A stretch of 44,483 nucleotides of DNA from an uncultured Bacteroidales bacterium (GTDB lineage Bacteria; Bacteroidota; Bacteroidia; Bacteroidales; UBA1402), in contig CAYTIY010000002.1 in the NCBI GenBank assembly GCA_964438045.1, positions 1 to 44,483 of the forward strand, in the 5' to 3' direction. The notes beneath the pieces are model-generated. The model made no database searches, had not been told where the DNA came from, and saw nothing but the letters and a program-made list of their open reading frames with translations. How positions within the stretch are numbered: position 1 is the first letter of the stretch; each line of letters begins with the position of its first letter. Shown in pieces: positions 30,993-40,278 of this stretch. A program made the position numbers and the translations under genes.

Positions 30993-32681
30993 ATGAAGAA
31001 AAGTATTTCTCTGTCACTCATGTTGGCGGGTATCTTGCTGCTGACTTCCTGCGCAGGCAAATTCGCCCCATCGAGTGATTATTTCAAAGTAACGCCAGAA
31101 GTGCTTGTCGTACAAGGCGGTCAGGTTGCTGCCACCATTGACGGTACTTTTCCTGCCAAGTCGGTTCCCGCAAAGGCAGTGGTGACCATCACCCCGGTTT
31201 TGAAATATGAAGGAGGAGAAGCTATTGGAACACCGCTAACCATCCAAGGCGCCAAAGTAAAGGCCAATAACAAAGTGATCGGCAAAGAAGGTGGTTCTGT
31301 TTCATTGAGCACGGTATATAAATATGTACCTGCCATGAGCAAATCAGAACTCTTTTTGCGTTTTTCCACGAAAATCGGAAAGAAGGACATTACCATCCCC
31401 GATATCAAGGTGGCAGATGGTGTCATTGCCACTGAAATGCTTGCCAACGCAGCGAGTGCCAAGCCTGTTGCTTCGAAGGATAAATTCCAACGGATCATTC
31501 AAGAAGCTCAGGAAGCCAGCATCTTGTTCCTTATCCAACAATCCAAGTTGCGCGACAGCGAGTTGAATTCAACTCCCGTCAAAGACTTGACCGGAAAGAT
31601 TGTTGAGTCGGGAAGCAATGCCAACAGGCAGATTTCCTCCATCGAAGTAGCTTCGTTTGCATCACCTGATGGTTCTTTGTCATTGAACGAGAAACTCGCC
31701 GGCGAACGCGAAAAATCAACTTTAGGGTTCCTGAATAAAACCATCAAGTCAGCCAACCTGAGCACCCCCATCGATGCTCGCTTCACGGCTGAAGACTGGG
31801 AAGGATTCCAACAACTGGTCAATGCTTCGAGCATGCAAGACAAAGACCTGATCATCCGAGTGCTTTCTATGTACCAAGATCCTGAAAAACGCGAACAGGA
31901 AATCAAGAACCTGTCTGCCGTTTACAAGAACCTGGCAGATGAGATTCTTCCTAAACTGAGACGTTCGAAAATGAAAATTACCGTTGACGTGATTGGAAAG
32001 ACAGACGAACAACTTAAGGATCTTGCCATTAACAATCCATCAAGTCTGAGCGTTGAAGAATTGCTTTATGCCGGAAACCTGGTTTCCAGCCCAGCTGAAA
32101 AAGAAAGCATCTACAAAAAAATGACCGAACTGTTCCCGAATGACTATCGCGGTTTCAACAACCTGGGTCTTGTCCAGTTCGCCAGCGGAAAGGTTGCACA
32201 GGCCAAGAGCAGCTTTGATAAAGCATTCAGTTTGAACAAGGCTCCTGAAGTAAGCAGCAACTTAGCTCTTGTTTCATTGGCTACCGGAGCCGATAACGCC
32301 ACCATCAACAGTTATCTTGGTACCGCCGCCGGTTCAGAAGGACTGAAAGAAGCTCAAGGCATTCTGTATTTGAAACAAGGCCAGTACGCTAAAGCCGTCA
32401 CCGCATTCGGCGATTTGAAAACCAACAACGCTGCCTTGGCTCAGTTGCTGACTAAGGATTACAGCAAAGCAAAGGCCACTCTGGACGCCGTTGCTCAGCC
32501 CAATGCTGAAACCAGCTACCTCAAAGCACTGGTTGGTGCAAGAACCAACAACAAGGATTTGGTTGTCAGTGGTCTGAGCGCAGCTATCAAGGCTGACAAG
32601 AGCTATGTCAAGAAGACCATGAACGATGTTGAGTTCTCCAAATACCTGTTGGACGCATCGGTTGCCGCTCTGCTCAAGTAA
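30993..32681 (+). CDS. Lipoprotein with a central degenerate OmpA-like segment and C-terminal TPR repeats
   Basis: Lipobox 'LLLTSCAG'. The segment 'ILFLIQQSKL...ISSIEVASFASPDGSLSLNEKLAGEREKS' resembles Bacteroidetes 'ASPEG'-type OmpA-like domains. The C-terminus has TPR-like repeats (YRGFNNLGLVQFASGKVAQAKSSFDKAFSLN...). Confidence 0.6.
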   Translation: MKKSISLSLMLAGILLLTSCAGKFAPSSDYFKVTPEVLVVQGGQVAATIDGTFPAKSVPAKAVVTITPVLKYEGGEAIGTPLTIQGAKVKANNKVIGKEGGSVSLSTVYKYVPAMSKSELFLRFSTKIGKKDITIPDIKVADGVIATEMLANAASAKPVASKDKFQRIIQEAQEASILFLIQQSKLRDSELNSTPVKDLTGKIVESGSNANRQISSIEVASFASPDGSLSLNEKLAGEREKSTLGFLNKTIKSANLSTPIDARFTAEDWEGFQQLVNASSMQDKDLIIRVLSMYQDPEKREQEIKNLSAVYKNLADEILPKLRRSKMKITVDVIGKTDEQLKDLAINNPSSLSVEELLYAGNLVSSPAEKESIYKKMTELFPNDYRGFNNLGLVQFASGKVAQAKSSFDKAFSLNKAPEVSSNLALVSLATGADNATINSYLGTAAGSEGLKEAQGILYLKQGQYAKAVTAFGDLKTNNAALAQLLTKDYSKAKATLDAVAQPNAETSYLKALVGARTNNKDLVVSGLSAAIKADKSYVKKTMNDVEFSKYLLDASVAALLK

Positions 32682-32700
32682 GCGGATTTATCAACGGAAT

Positions 32701-32740
32701 AAAAAAGAGGGTGTCCTTTGTGGATACCCTCTTTTTATTT
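32701..32740. terminator. Bidirectional rho-independent terminator between the convergent lipoprotein and ispG genes
   Basis: A 10-bp stem, GAGGGTGTCC / GGATACCCTC (one G-U pair), around a 5-nt loop. It is flanked by AAAAAA on the 5' side and TTTTTATTTT on the 3' side. Confidence 0.75.
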
Positions 32741-32779
32741 TGGAGCGCGGATAGCGCTTGGAAAAACAAAACCAATTCC

Positions 32780-34627
32780 TCATGTGTTGCCGTTGCCCCG
32801 TTCTTTCCAGTCGCCGTATTGCTTAATTAAAGCAATTAACTTGTCAACAGCCTGGTCTTCGGGAATGTTCCTCTCAACGCAGGATTGCCCTTTGTAAAGG
32901 CTCACCCTGCCTCTTCCGGCACCCACATACCCATAATCAGCATCAGCCATCTCACCCGGACCATTTACAATACAACCCATGATGCCAATCTTAAGACCCT
33001 TCAGATGATCGGTTCTTGACTTAATGCTGGCAATAGTCCGCTGCAAATCAAATAATGTACGCCCACATCCTGGGCACGAAATGTATTCGGTCTTGCTGAT
33101 ACGCAAACGGGTTGCTTGTAAAATACCAAACAAGACCCGTGTAATGTCGTCAGGTGCAATCGTTGTATCAGAAGTGGGAAGAAACAACAGACCATCACCA
33201 AAACCGTCCAGCAACAACGGCCCAACATCAAGGCTCAATCCTAATTGCAAGTCCTCGATGCTTGAATAGGATTCCTCCACACACAAAATGACTGGAAGTG
33301 AACATCCAGCATGCATAAGAGCGTGGAAGAAAGCCCTTCTCTGCCCCAAGCTTTTCCCCATCAGTAATAAGACAACGTTATCAGCAGCGTTCAATCGTTG
33401 CAAGGATACCGTGTTCACTTCTTCAGGAGTAATCCTAACAAAAGAAAACGAAGTAGTTGCCTGGTGTGACACATCCAGTTCGTCCAAGCCAATGACTGGA
33501 AAACGAGTCCCTATTCCGGAACCATCTGAACCATCAACCAGCATCCATCTGTTCGTGAATTCATCAACCTGACAATAATAATCGGGCTTCTGGTCTTGCT
33601 TTGTTTCTTTGTACGCGTTTGCACCAATCAATACCACAGGAACCTGATTTCCGCCAAATGCACCAATCGGAACGGTTTTACGTCGTTGGTACGTAAACGG
33701 GTCAAATAAAAGAAATGGCCTACTCCCATCAGTCACAACTGTGCTGCGTTCTTGAACCATCTCAACCAATCGTTTGGCAACGGGTAATTCTCGCTCCGGA
33801 TCTTCACTCAACGAGACACGGATGGTATCACCAATTCCGTCCATCAACAATGTTCCAATGCCAACGGCCGACTTGATACGTCCGTCCTCTCCATCACCCG
33901 CTTCCGTTACACCCAGGTGTAACGGAAAATGCATATCCTCAGCATCCATGCGCTCCACCAACAACCTGACCGTTTGTACCATGACCAACGTATTGGAGGC
34001 CTTGATGGAAATTACCACATTGAAAAATCCCGATTCCACACACAACCGCAAAAACTCCATGCATGACTCAACCATGCCGGCAGCTGTGTCTCCATACCGG
34101 CTCATGATGCGGTCAGACAATGAACCGTGATTAACTCCGATGCGAATGGCTGTGCGTTGAACACGACATCGTTCAAGAAATGGGAGAAACCTGTCACGGA
34201 TCTTTTTCAGTTCCTGCGCATATTCGTCTTCAGTATATTCGAAATGACGAAACGTCTTGACAGAATCCACGTAATTACCCGGATTGATGCGCACTTTCTC
34301 CACATGCAACGCCGCTTCATCAGCCGCCTTGGGATTGAAATGGATATCAGCAACCAATGGAACCTCACAACCCTGTTCCCGAAGAGCCTTCTTGATGTTT
34401 GCCAAATTTGCGGCTTCGCGCTCTCCCTGCGCCGTAAATCTGACCAGTTCAGCTCCAGCCTCAACCATACGCAGACACTGTGCAACACAGCCTTCCGTGT
34501 CCATTGTTGATGTATTGGCCATTGATTGAACACGGACAGGTTCATCTCCACCCATCCGCAACGAACCGATTTGAACAGTCGTGCTTCTGCGACGGTGGTA
34601 ATTGAACAGATCAGGGCAGTACGGCAT
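32780..34627 (-). CDS. ispG: 4-hydroxy-3-methylbut-2-en-1-yl diphosphate synthase, long form with an inserted domain
   Basis: 'VRVQSMANT', 'RFTAQG', 'PLVADIHF', 'IRINPGN', 'IRIGVNHGSL', and the C-terminal Fe-S motif 'ISCPGCGRT...GCIVNGPGE'. The ATG at 34627 overlaps the purE stop by 1 nt (TGATG); the ORF-track start at 34630 is a TTG. Confidence 0.95.
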   Translation of the reverse strand: MPYCPDLFNYHRRRSTTVQIGSLRMGGDEPVRVQSMANTSTMDTEGCVAQCLRMVEAGAELVRFTAQGEREAANLANIKKALREQGCEVPLVADIHFNPKAADEAALHVEKVRINPGNYVDSVKTFRHFEYTEDEYAQELKKIRDRFLPFLERCRVQRTAIRIGVNHGSLSDRIMSRYGDTAAGMVESCMEFLRLCVESGFFNVVISIKASNTLVMVQTVRLLVERMDAEDMHFPLHLGVTEAGDGEDGRIKSAVGIGTLLMDGIGDTIRVSLSEDPERELPVAKRLVEMVQERSTVVTDGSRPFLLFDPFTYQRRKTVPIGAFGGNQVPVVLIGANAYKETKQDQKPDYYCQVDEFTNRWMLVDGSDGSGIGTRFPVIGLDELDVSHQATTSFSFVRITPEEVNTVSLQRLNAADNVVLLLMGKSLGQRRAFFHALMHAGCSLPVILCVEESYSSIEDLQLGLSLDVGPLLLDGFGDGLLFLPTSDTTIAPDDITRVLFGILQATRLRISKTEYISCPGCGRTLFDLQRTIASIKSRTDHLKGLKIGIMGCIVNGPGEMADADYGYVGAGRGRVSLYKGQSCVERNIPEDQAVDKLIALIKQYGDWKERGNGNT

Positions 34628-35133
34628 CAATTTGTTTTGTAAGCGTATTCAACTGTTTTCAGTTCCTCGTTGGCTTTCACAATCTTTTGTTTGAGCCCCT
34701 GCTTGTATTCAAACAAGGCTTTGGCAAGTTCGCAATTCTCAAGTGAAAGCATTTGCACTGCCAAAATGGCCGCATTTAAAGAGGCATTGATTCCAACAGT
34801 GGCTACAGGTATGCCCGGAGGCATTTGAACAATGGCCAGCAGCGCATCCATTCCCCCCAGACTGGCACTGATTGGCACCCCTATGACAGGGACTGTAGCC
34901 GTAGCGGCAATCACTCCCGGTAAATGGGCCGCCATCCCGGCAGCAGCAATAATGACCTTTATGCCTCTCTCGGCAGCCTGAGATGCAAAACGTTCCACTT
35001 CTTGCGGAGTGCGGTGTGCAGACAGAGCATTGATCTCAAATGGAATCTTGAAATCGTTTAGCAACGCAGCCGCATTTTCCATTACCTTCATATCGGAAGT
35101 GCTGCCCATAATTATGCTTACTATTGGTTTCAT
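34627..35133 (-). CDS. purE: 5-(carboxyamino)imidazole ribonucleotide mutase
   Basis: 'VSIIMGSTSDMKVM', 'SAHRTPQ', and 'AAGMAAHLPGVIAA.TTVPVIGVP'. Confidence 0.96.
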   Translation of the reverse strand: MKPIVSIIMGSTSDMKVMENAAALLNDFKIPFEINALSAHRTPQEVERFASQAAERGIKVIIAAAGMAAHLPGVIAATATVPVIGVPISASLGGMDALLAIVQMPPGIPVATVGINASLNAAILAVQMLSLENCELAKALFEYKQGLKQKIVKANEELKTVEYAYKTN

Positions 35134-35136
35134 GAC

Positions 35137-35514
35137 TTATTGGATAAATTGTCTGTAGTCGTCAGCATTCATCAATTCATGTAATTCTTCCAGGTTTTTC
35201 AGACGTAAGCGAATCATCCAACCGGCACCATACGGATCCTCATTGATCAACTCGGGTTTGTCGGACAAGGCCGAATTCACCTCTACTATCTCACCGGAAA
35301 CAGGAATAAAAACATCCGAAACAGCTTTTACCGCCTCTACAGTTCCGAAAGCGGCCTCCTTCTCAAAGGAATCACCAACAGAGGGCATCTCGCTAAAAAT
35401 GATATCACCCAACTCTGACTGGGCATAATCCGTAATGCCGATCAAGGCTTCATCTCCTTCTCGTTTTAACCATTCGTGATCTTTGGTGTACAGTAACTCT
35501 TCAGGAATATTCAT
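35137..35514 (-). CDS. gcvH: Glycine cleavage system protein H
   Basis: 'YTKDHEWL', 'GITDYAQSELGDI', and the lipoyl-lysine context 'VEAVKAVSDV'. Start set to the ATG at 35514, because the 35520 start is a GTG. Confidence 0.94.
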   Translation of the reverse strand: MNIPEELLYTKDHEWLKREGDEALIGITDYAQSELGDIIFSEMPSVGDSFEKEAAFGTVEAVKAVSDVFIPVSGEIVEVNSALSDKPELINEDPYGAGWMIRLRLKNLEELHELMNADDYRQFIQ

Positions 35515-35526
35515 AATCACAATTTA

Positions 35527-36132
35527 TTAAGGAATTAAAAAATATACGCCACAAACACTGACAACGCCCAAAACAAAACCGCCACAAGCCTGAGACATAC
35601 TATGAGCCTTCAGATATACACGACTGGTCGCCTGCAAGCCTGCCAGCAGGAACAAAACAACGAAAAACAACAACGGGTTCACGTGTTGTTCCAGACAAAC
35701 CACAAAAGAACCGCCCGTCATACAGCCGTATGCCATCGTATGGGCACTTATTTTCCATTTCAATGTGATAAAAAAGGCCACAAATAGGGAAAACAGGGAA
35801 CCCAGATACAGTTTAACTACCGTCCAGGGCAATGCGGCCCTAATCATGAAATAAATGGCCGCCACATACGTCAGGATAAAAATGGCATAGGGAATCACAC
35901 GCTGTGAGCGAACCGATACATCCAAATCCGTGACCAATCCCCTGCGCTTAAGGTACAAAATGGCAAGTCCGGGAATGATAGCCGTATTCAGTAATATAAG
36001 CCCCTGAATGTAAAGTTTATAGGAAGAAGGATATACATCATATATTCCCGTTTGAAACAATAACAATGTTCCGATAAAAGGCAGCAACAGCGGATGCAAA
36101 ATGCCGGAAACCCATCTAAAGAGTTGTGTCAT
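35527..36132 (-). CDS. Polytopic membrane protein, divergent PAP2-like (acid phosphatase superfamily) candidate
   Basis: About 6 TM segments. 'KISAHT' resembles the PSGH motif. 'SRVYLKAHSMSQ' fits SR-x5-H-x3 but ends in Q rather than D. No clean Kx6RP motif is present. Confidence 0.4.
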   Translation of the reverse strand: MTQLFRWVSGILHPLLLPFIGTLLLFQTGIYDVYPSSYKLYIQGLILLNTAIIPGLAILYLKRRGLVTDLDVSVRSQRVIPYAIFILTYVAAIYFMIRAALPWTVVKLYLGSLFSLFVAFFITLKWKISAHTMAYGCMTGGSFVVCLEQHVNPLLFFVVLFLLAGLQATSRVYLKAHSMSQACGGFVLGVVSVCGVYFLIP

Positions 36133-36142
36133 AAGTCGTGTA

Positions 36143-37597
36143 TTAGATTTCTCTTCTTAATCTGGCAACAGGAATACCCAATTGATCACGGTATTTGGCA
36201 ATGGTTCTCCGTGCAATGACGTAGCCTTTCTCAGTGAGGATGGCTGAGAGCTGGTCATCTGTCAATGGATTATTCTTATCTTCTACCTCTATACGTTCTT
36301 GTAAGATTGTTTTTATCTCAAGGGATGAAACTTCCTCACCACTTTCCGTCTGCATGCCTTCCGTAAAGAAATGTTTCAGGGGAAAAACTCCAAATTCTGT
36401 CTGTATATACTTGCTGTTGCTTACCCGGGAGATGGTTGAAATATCATAGCCTGTTCGTTCCGCAATATCCTTAAGTATCATTGGCTTAAGATGCTTCTCA
36501 TCCCCATCAAGAAAATATGCACGTTGGTAATCAATAATAGACTGCATGGTTCTAACCAAGGTTTCCTGACGTTGACGTACCGCGTCGATGAACCAACGCG
36601 CCGACTCTACTTTTTCCCTGGCAAACTGAAGCGCCTCTTTGTTTTCTTTCGTCTGATTCTTGGCATTAGACTTGTAATCATTCAACAAATCGAGGTACTC
36701 GCGACTCACATGCAGCTCAGGCACACTTCCGTTGTTCAAGGTCAACTGCAGGTATCCGTCTGTATTCTCGAGCAGGAAATCGGGGACCACCTGTTCCTTA
36801 CTTTGTTCGAGCACCGAACCAAACAAATTGCCCGGTTTGGGATTGAGGCGGTATATCTCCTGCATCATCTGTTTCAACTCTTCCTGAGAACAGTCCATTC
36901 TCTTCAATATCACCTCAAAATGCTTTTTTGACACATCCTGAAAATGTGATTCTACGAGCAAAATGGTGCGTTCCAGCAAGGGTGTACGTTGTTTACGACG
37001 CAATTGCAGCAACAGGCACTCCCGCAAGTCGAAAGCGCAAACACCGGGTGGGTCTAAGGTCTGTACAAGCTTGATAAGTTGTTCCACCTTTGCTGTAGAA
37101 ACATCCAAACCTAGAATTATGGCCAGATCATCGGCTATCGAATCAGGGGTTCGTCTCAGGTAGCCGTCGTCATCCAAATTGCCAATGATGAACATAGCTA
37201 TCTTGTTGTCTTCCTCATCCAATTCCTGCAGCGACAACTGATCTGACAGAAAATCGTTCAGCGTGGTTTCCGAACCGGCGGTTACCCATTCTCTCCATAC
37301 GTCAGGTTGCCGACCATCGCCGGGCAATTGAGACTTGTAGTCGGGAATGTCATCGTCTGGAGCAACATCGTCCATTAGGAAGTCATCGTTGTTACCTCCC
37401 TCACTGTTGTCGTATGAGAACTCATCCTCCTGTTCAATAACCGGTGTTTCACCCAGTTCCAATGCCGGATTCAGATCTACCTCTTTCATGATGCGTTCCG
37501 TCATTTCAATGGAAGGTATTTCCAACAACTTCACCAGTTGGATCTGTTGAGGAGAAAGCTTCTGTAACAGCTTCTGTTGCTGGATCTGACGGATCAT
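36143..37597 (-). CDS. rpoN: RNA polymerase sigma-54 factor
   Basis: Gln/Leu-rich region I 'MIRQIQQQKLLQKLSPQQIQ', an acidic region II, the C-terminal HTH, and the RpoN box 'ARRTIAKYRDQLGIP'. The ATG at 37597 is preferred over the TTG at 37606. Confidence 0.95.
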   Translation of the reverse strand: MIRQIQQQKLLQKLSPQQIQLVKLLEIPSIEMTERIMKEVDLNPALELGETPVIEQEDEFSYDNSEGGNNDDFLMDDVAPDDDIPDYKSQLPGDGRQPDVWREWVTAGSETTLNDFLSDQLSLQELDEEDNKIAMFIIGNLDDDGYLRRTPDSIADDLAIILGLDVSTAKVEQLIKLVQTLDPPGVCAFDLRECLLLQLRRKQRTPLLERTILLVESHFQDVSKKHFEVILKRMDCSQEELKQMMQEIYRLNPKPGNLFGSVLEQSKEQVVPDFLLENTDGYLQLTLNNGSVPELHVSREYLDLLNDYKSNAKNQTKENKEALQFAREKVESARWFIDAVRQRQETLVRTMQSIIDYQRAYFLDGDEKHLKPMILKDIAERTGYDISTISRVSNSKYIQTEFGVFPLKHFFTEGMQTESGEEVSSLEIKTILQERIEVEDKNNPLTDDQLSAILTEKGYVIARRTIAKYRDQLGIPVARLRREI

Positions 37598-37618
37598 GAC
37601 GCGCAAACTGATTTTTCA

Positions 37619-37626
37619 CAAAGGTA
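37619..37626 (-). promoter_or_regulatory. Candidate -7 box (TACCTTTG) for rpoN
   Basis: The minus strand reads TACCTTTG, matching TAnnTTTG, 21 nt upstream of the ATG at 37597. Confidence 0.4.
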
Positions 37627-37648
37627 CAAAAAAGGCCACAATCTTCGA

Positions 37649-39310
37649 TTAGTAGCGAAAACTGCTACCGCCAAGGAATTCCCTTAACAAGGATGTCCTG
37701 GGTATCTCAGGTTCCGATATGGAAACAAAATATTCCAGGAAACGTAAAAGCCTGTGCGCCTCTGTGTATTCTACGCAACGTTGGGGAACCTGCCTTAATA
37801 TGGGCTCTGCCTGACTTCTCAAAACAGAGAATTCAAATATCAATGCAGAGTTGAACATGATATCCGCATTTTCCTGATAGGGAAAAATCCATTTTTCCTC
37901 GCCCGATCGGACACTGTCCCAACGTGAAATGGTGTCTTTCGCCGAATAGCCCCGGTAGCGGCTGTCCCTGATGATGCGTCGAAGCAGACGGTTGTCCGTA
38001 GTCGGAATCCAGTTGTGATTGTCCAGAGAGATGGACGTCAAGGCTGAAACGTAGACTTTAAACAAATATTCCGAATCGATATCGGGCAACAAATCGGGAT
38101 TAAGCGCATGAATGCCTTCCAGAATAAGCACTGTGTTCGGGCCGAGTTTCAGTTTATCACCCAGGTATTCCTTTTTCCCCAACGAAAAGTTGAATCGGGG
38201 TGTTTCAATTTCATATCCATCCAGCAAATCCTTCAATTGCTTGTTGAACAGCGGAAGATCCAATGCGTATAACGATTCGAAATCGTATTGACCTTTTTCA
38301 TCAAGGGGTGTAAGTTCACGATCCACAAAATAATCATCCAGGGATAACGAGACGGGTTTTATCCCAAGTACCATCAACTGAATGATCAGACGTTTGGCGA
38401 AGGTGGTCTTTCCTGATGAGGAAGGGCCTGAAATAAGAATGATTTTCGCCTTCTCGCGCTCTTGAATCATATCGGCAATCTGCATCATTTTCTTTTCCTG
38501 CAACGACTCGGTAATGTTGATTAGATTCGTTGATTCTCCTTTAAGGCATACCCTATTCAAATCACCAACGGTGGTCAGCGACATGATCCGGTTCCATTTC
38601 AGGTATTCATTGAAAACGCCCAGCATTTTAAGTTGAGGCACAATATCTTCTAGTTTGGTAGGTTTCCTCCTGTCTGGAATCTGTAGCAGAAAACCATTAA
38701 AGTAAGGCTTGAGATCGAACAACCGGATGAATCCGGTTGACATAGCCAACGCTCCGTAATAAATATCGATGTGCCACCCCATCTTCCAGTATCCACTGTA
38801 GAGCGAACCCTTTGTTTCAAGCAAATCCACGATGTCCATCCGCCCTCTTTCCCTGAACATGTCCATTACGGCCGTAGTCTCTTCCTGGTAAAAATCAATG
38901 GGATTGTCGGCATCGATCAGTTCCTGCATGCGTTTTTTAATGGCCTCCAGATCTTTAGGTTTGAGTGACCGCCCTAGATCCAATTCGCAAAAATACCCCT
39001 TTGACACGGGATGTTCCAGTCGAAAAATGCCATTGGGATACAACTCCGATATAGCCGATGCCAGCACAAACGTGAGCGTTCGTACGTATGCGCGCATACC
39101 CGAACTGTTGTAAATATCGATGAATTCAATTTGTTTGGGATTGTACAACTCGTATTTTAGGCTGACGGTTTTGTTGTTGATTCTTGCGGCAATGGCCCCA
39201 GGCAGCACCTCTTCGGCCATTTGTTGATATATTTCATAAGCTGTTGTTCCCATTGGAAATATAGCATGTTTGCCCGTATTGACACAAAAAACACGAATCG
39301 TTTTTCCCAT
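37649..39310 (-). CDS. Uridine/cytidine-kinase-family P-loop kinase fused to a ~270-aa N-terminal TGS/ThrRS-N-like region
   Basis: The C-terminal half has Walker A 'ISGPSSSGKTTFAKRL', 'VLILEGIHALNP' and 'RRIIRDSRYRG', all typical of Udk/PRK. The N-terminus starts with a TGS-like beta-grasp segment 'IRVFCVNTGKHAIFPMGTTAYEIY'. Confidence 0.7.
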   Translation of the reverse strand: MGKTIRVFCVNTGKHAIFPMGTTAYEIYQQMAEEVLPGAIAARINNKTVSLKYELYNPKQIEFIDIYNSSGMRAYVRTLTFVLASAISELYPNGIFRLEHPVSKGYFCELDLGRSLKPKDLEAIKKRMQELIDADNPIDFYQEETTAVMDMFRERGRMDIVDLLETKGSLYSGYWKMGWHIDIYYGALAMSTGFIRLFDLKPYFNGFLLQIPDRRKPTKLEDIVPQLKMLGVFNEYLKWNRIMSLTTVGDLNRVCLKGESTNLINITESLQEKKMMQIADMIQEREKAKIILISGPSSSGKTTFAKRLIIQLMVLGIKPVSLSLDDYFVDRELTPLDEKGQYDFESLYALDLPLFNKQLKDLLDGYEIETPRFNFSLGKKEYLGDKLKLGPNTVLILEGIHALNPDLLPDIDSEYLFKVYVSALTSISLDNHNWIPTTDNRLLRRIIRDSRYRGYSAKDTISRWDSVRSGEEKWIFPYQENADIMFNSALIFEFSVLRSQAEPILRQVPQRCVEYTEAHRLLRFLEYFVSISEPEIPRTSLLREFLGGSSFRY

Positions 39311-39356
39311 ACTGTAAATGAATCTGATTAGAGGCTCTAAATTACAAAAAAATATT

Positions 39357-39364
39357 TACTTTTG
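39357..39364 (+). promoter_or_regulatory. Candidate -7 box (TACTTTTG) for the FKBP lipoprotein gene
   Basis: TACTTTTG matches TAnnTTTG, 85 nt upstream of the ATG at 39450. Confidence 0.3.
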
Positions 39365-39449
39365 CTGGCTGTTTACGCAGTTTAACGGTCGCACTGCGAT
39401 GGTTGCGTTGCCCATTATTTTACCAATTAAAACAATAAAGACCAAACAA

Positions 39450-40169
39450 ATGAAAAAATTGAGTTTCCTTTTTGTCGGCATCATGCTGGTTCTCAGCGTG
39501 AGCTTTGCTTCATGCAGCAAGACTTCTGAGAAGAGAATGAAAACATCCATTGACAGCCTCAGTTACGCTTATGGCGTCGGTATGGGTTTCAGCCTCGGAG
39601 AGAATTTGAAACAAGAACTTCCCGTTGGTATGAACATCGACCTGTTCCTTGATGTCTTCGAAGCTGCGTTGAAAGGTGATACCGGCAAATTGGCCATTTC
39701 TCCGGATGAAGCCTACAAGGTTTATCAACAATGCATGATGACCGTTCAGGCACAGGCTGCTGAAAAAAACAAAAAAGATGTATCCAAGTTCCTCGAAAGC
39801 AATGGCAAAAAAGCCGGTGTTGTCACAACTCCTTCCGGTTTGCAATACGAAGTGATTAAAGAAGGTAATGGTCCAAAACCCACCGATACCTCTACGGTCA
39901 AGGTTAACTACCATGGCACACTGATAGATGGTAAAGTATTCGACAGCTCCGTAGACCGCGGCGAACCTGTTGAATTTGTCCTCAATCAGGTTATCAGAGG
40001 TTGGAACGAAGGCATCAAGTACATGAGCGTAGGTTCAAAGTACAAATTCTGGATTCCTTCCGATTTGGCTTATGGTGATCAAGGTGCAGGTGGCGTCATC
40101 AAACCCGGCGACCTGTTGATATTTGAAGTAGAATTGTTAGGTTTCGGCGGCCAAACCGCAGTCAAGTAA
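39450..40169 (+). CDS. FKBP-type peptidyl-prolyl cis-trans isomerase lipoprotein (FkpA/Mip-like)
   Basis: Lipobox 'SFASCS' and an N-terminal helical dimerisation-like region. FKBP domain 'VKVNYHGTLIDGKVFDSS...PVEFVLNQVIRGWNEG...PSDLAYGDQGAGGVIKPGDLLIFEVELL'. Start trimmed to 39450. Confidence 0.92.
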   Translation: MKKLSFLFVGIMLVLSVSFASCSKTSEKRMKTSIDSLSYAYGVGMGFSLGENLKQELPVGMNIDLFLDVFEAALKGDTGKLAISPDEAYKVYQQCMMTVQAQAAEKNKKDVSKFLESNGKKAGVVTTPSGLQYEVIKEGNGPKPTDTSTVKVNYHGTLIDGKVFDSSVDRGEPVEFVLNQVIRGWNEGIKYMSVGSKYKFWIPSDLAYGDQGAGGVIKPGDLLIFEVELLGFGGQTAVK

Positions 40170-40184
40170 TCGTTCCCCATCAAT

Positions 40185-40223
40185 AAAAAAGGGGTTGCGC
40201 CAGGTTGGAGCAACCCTTTTTTT
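40185..40223 (+). terminator. Rho-independent terminator after the FKBP gene
   Basis: Stem GGGTTGC / GCAACCC (7 bp, extendable by A:T pairs) around an 11-nt loop, followed by 7 T residues (40217-40223). Confidence 0.75.
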
Positions 40224-40278
40224 AACCAACGACATTTTAGTTTAAAAAAATACCTTACTTTGCCTTATACGTTATGCC

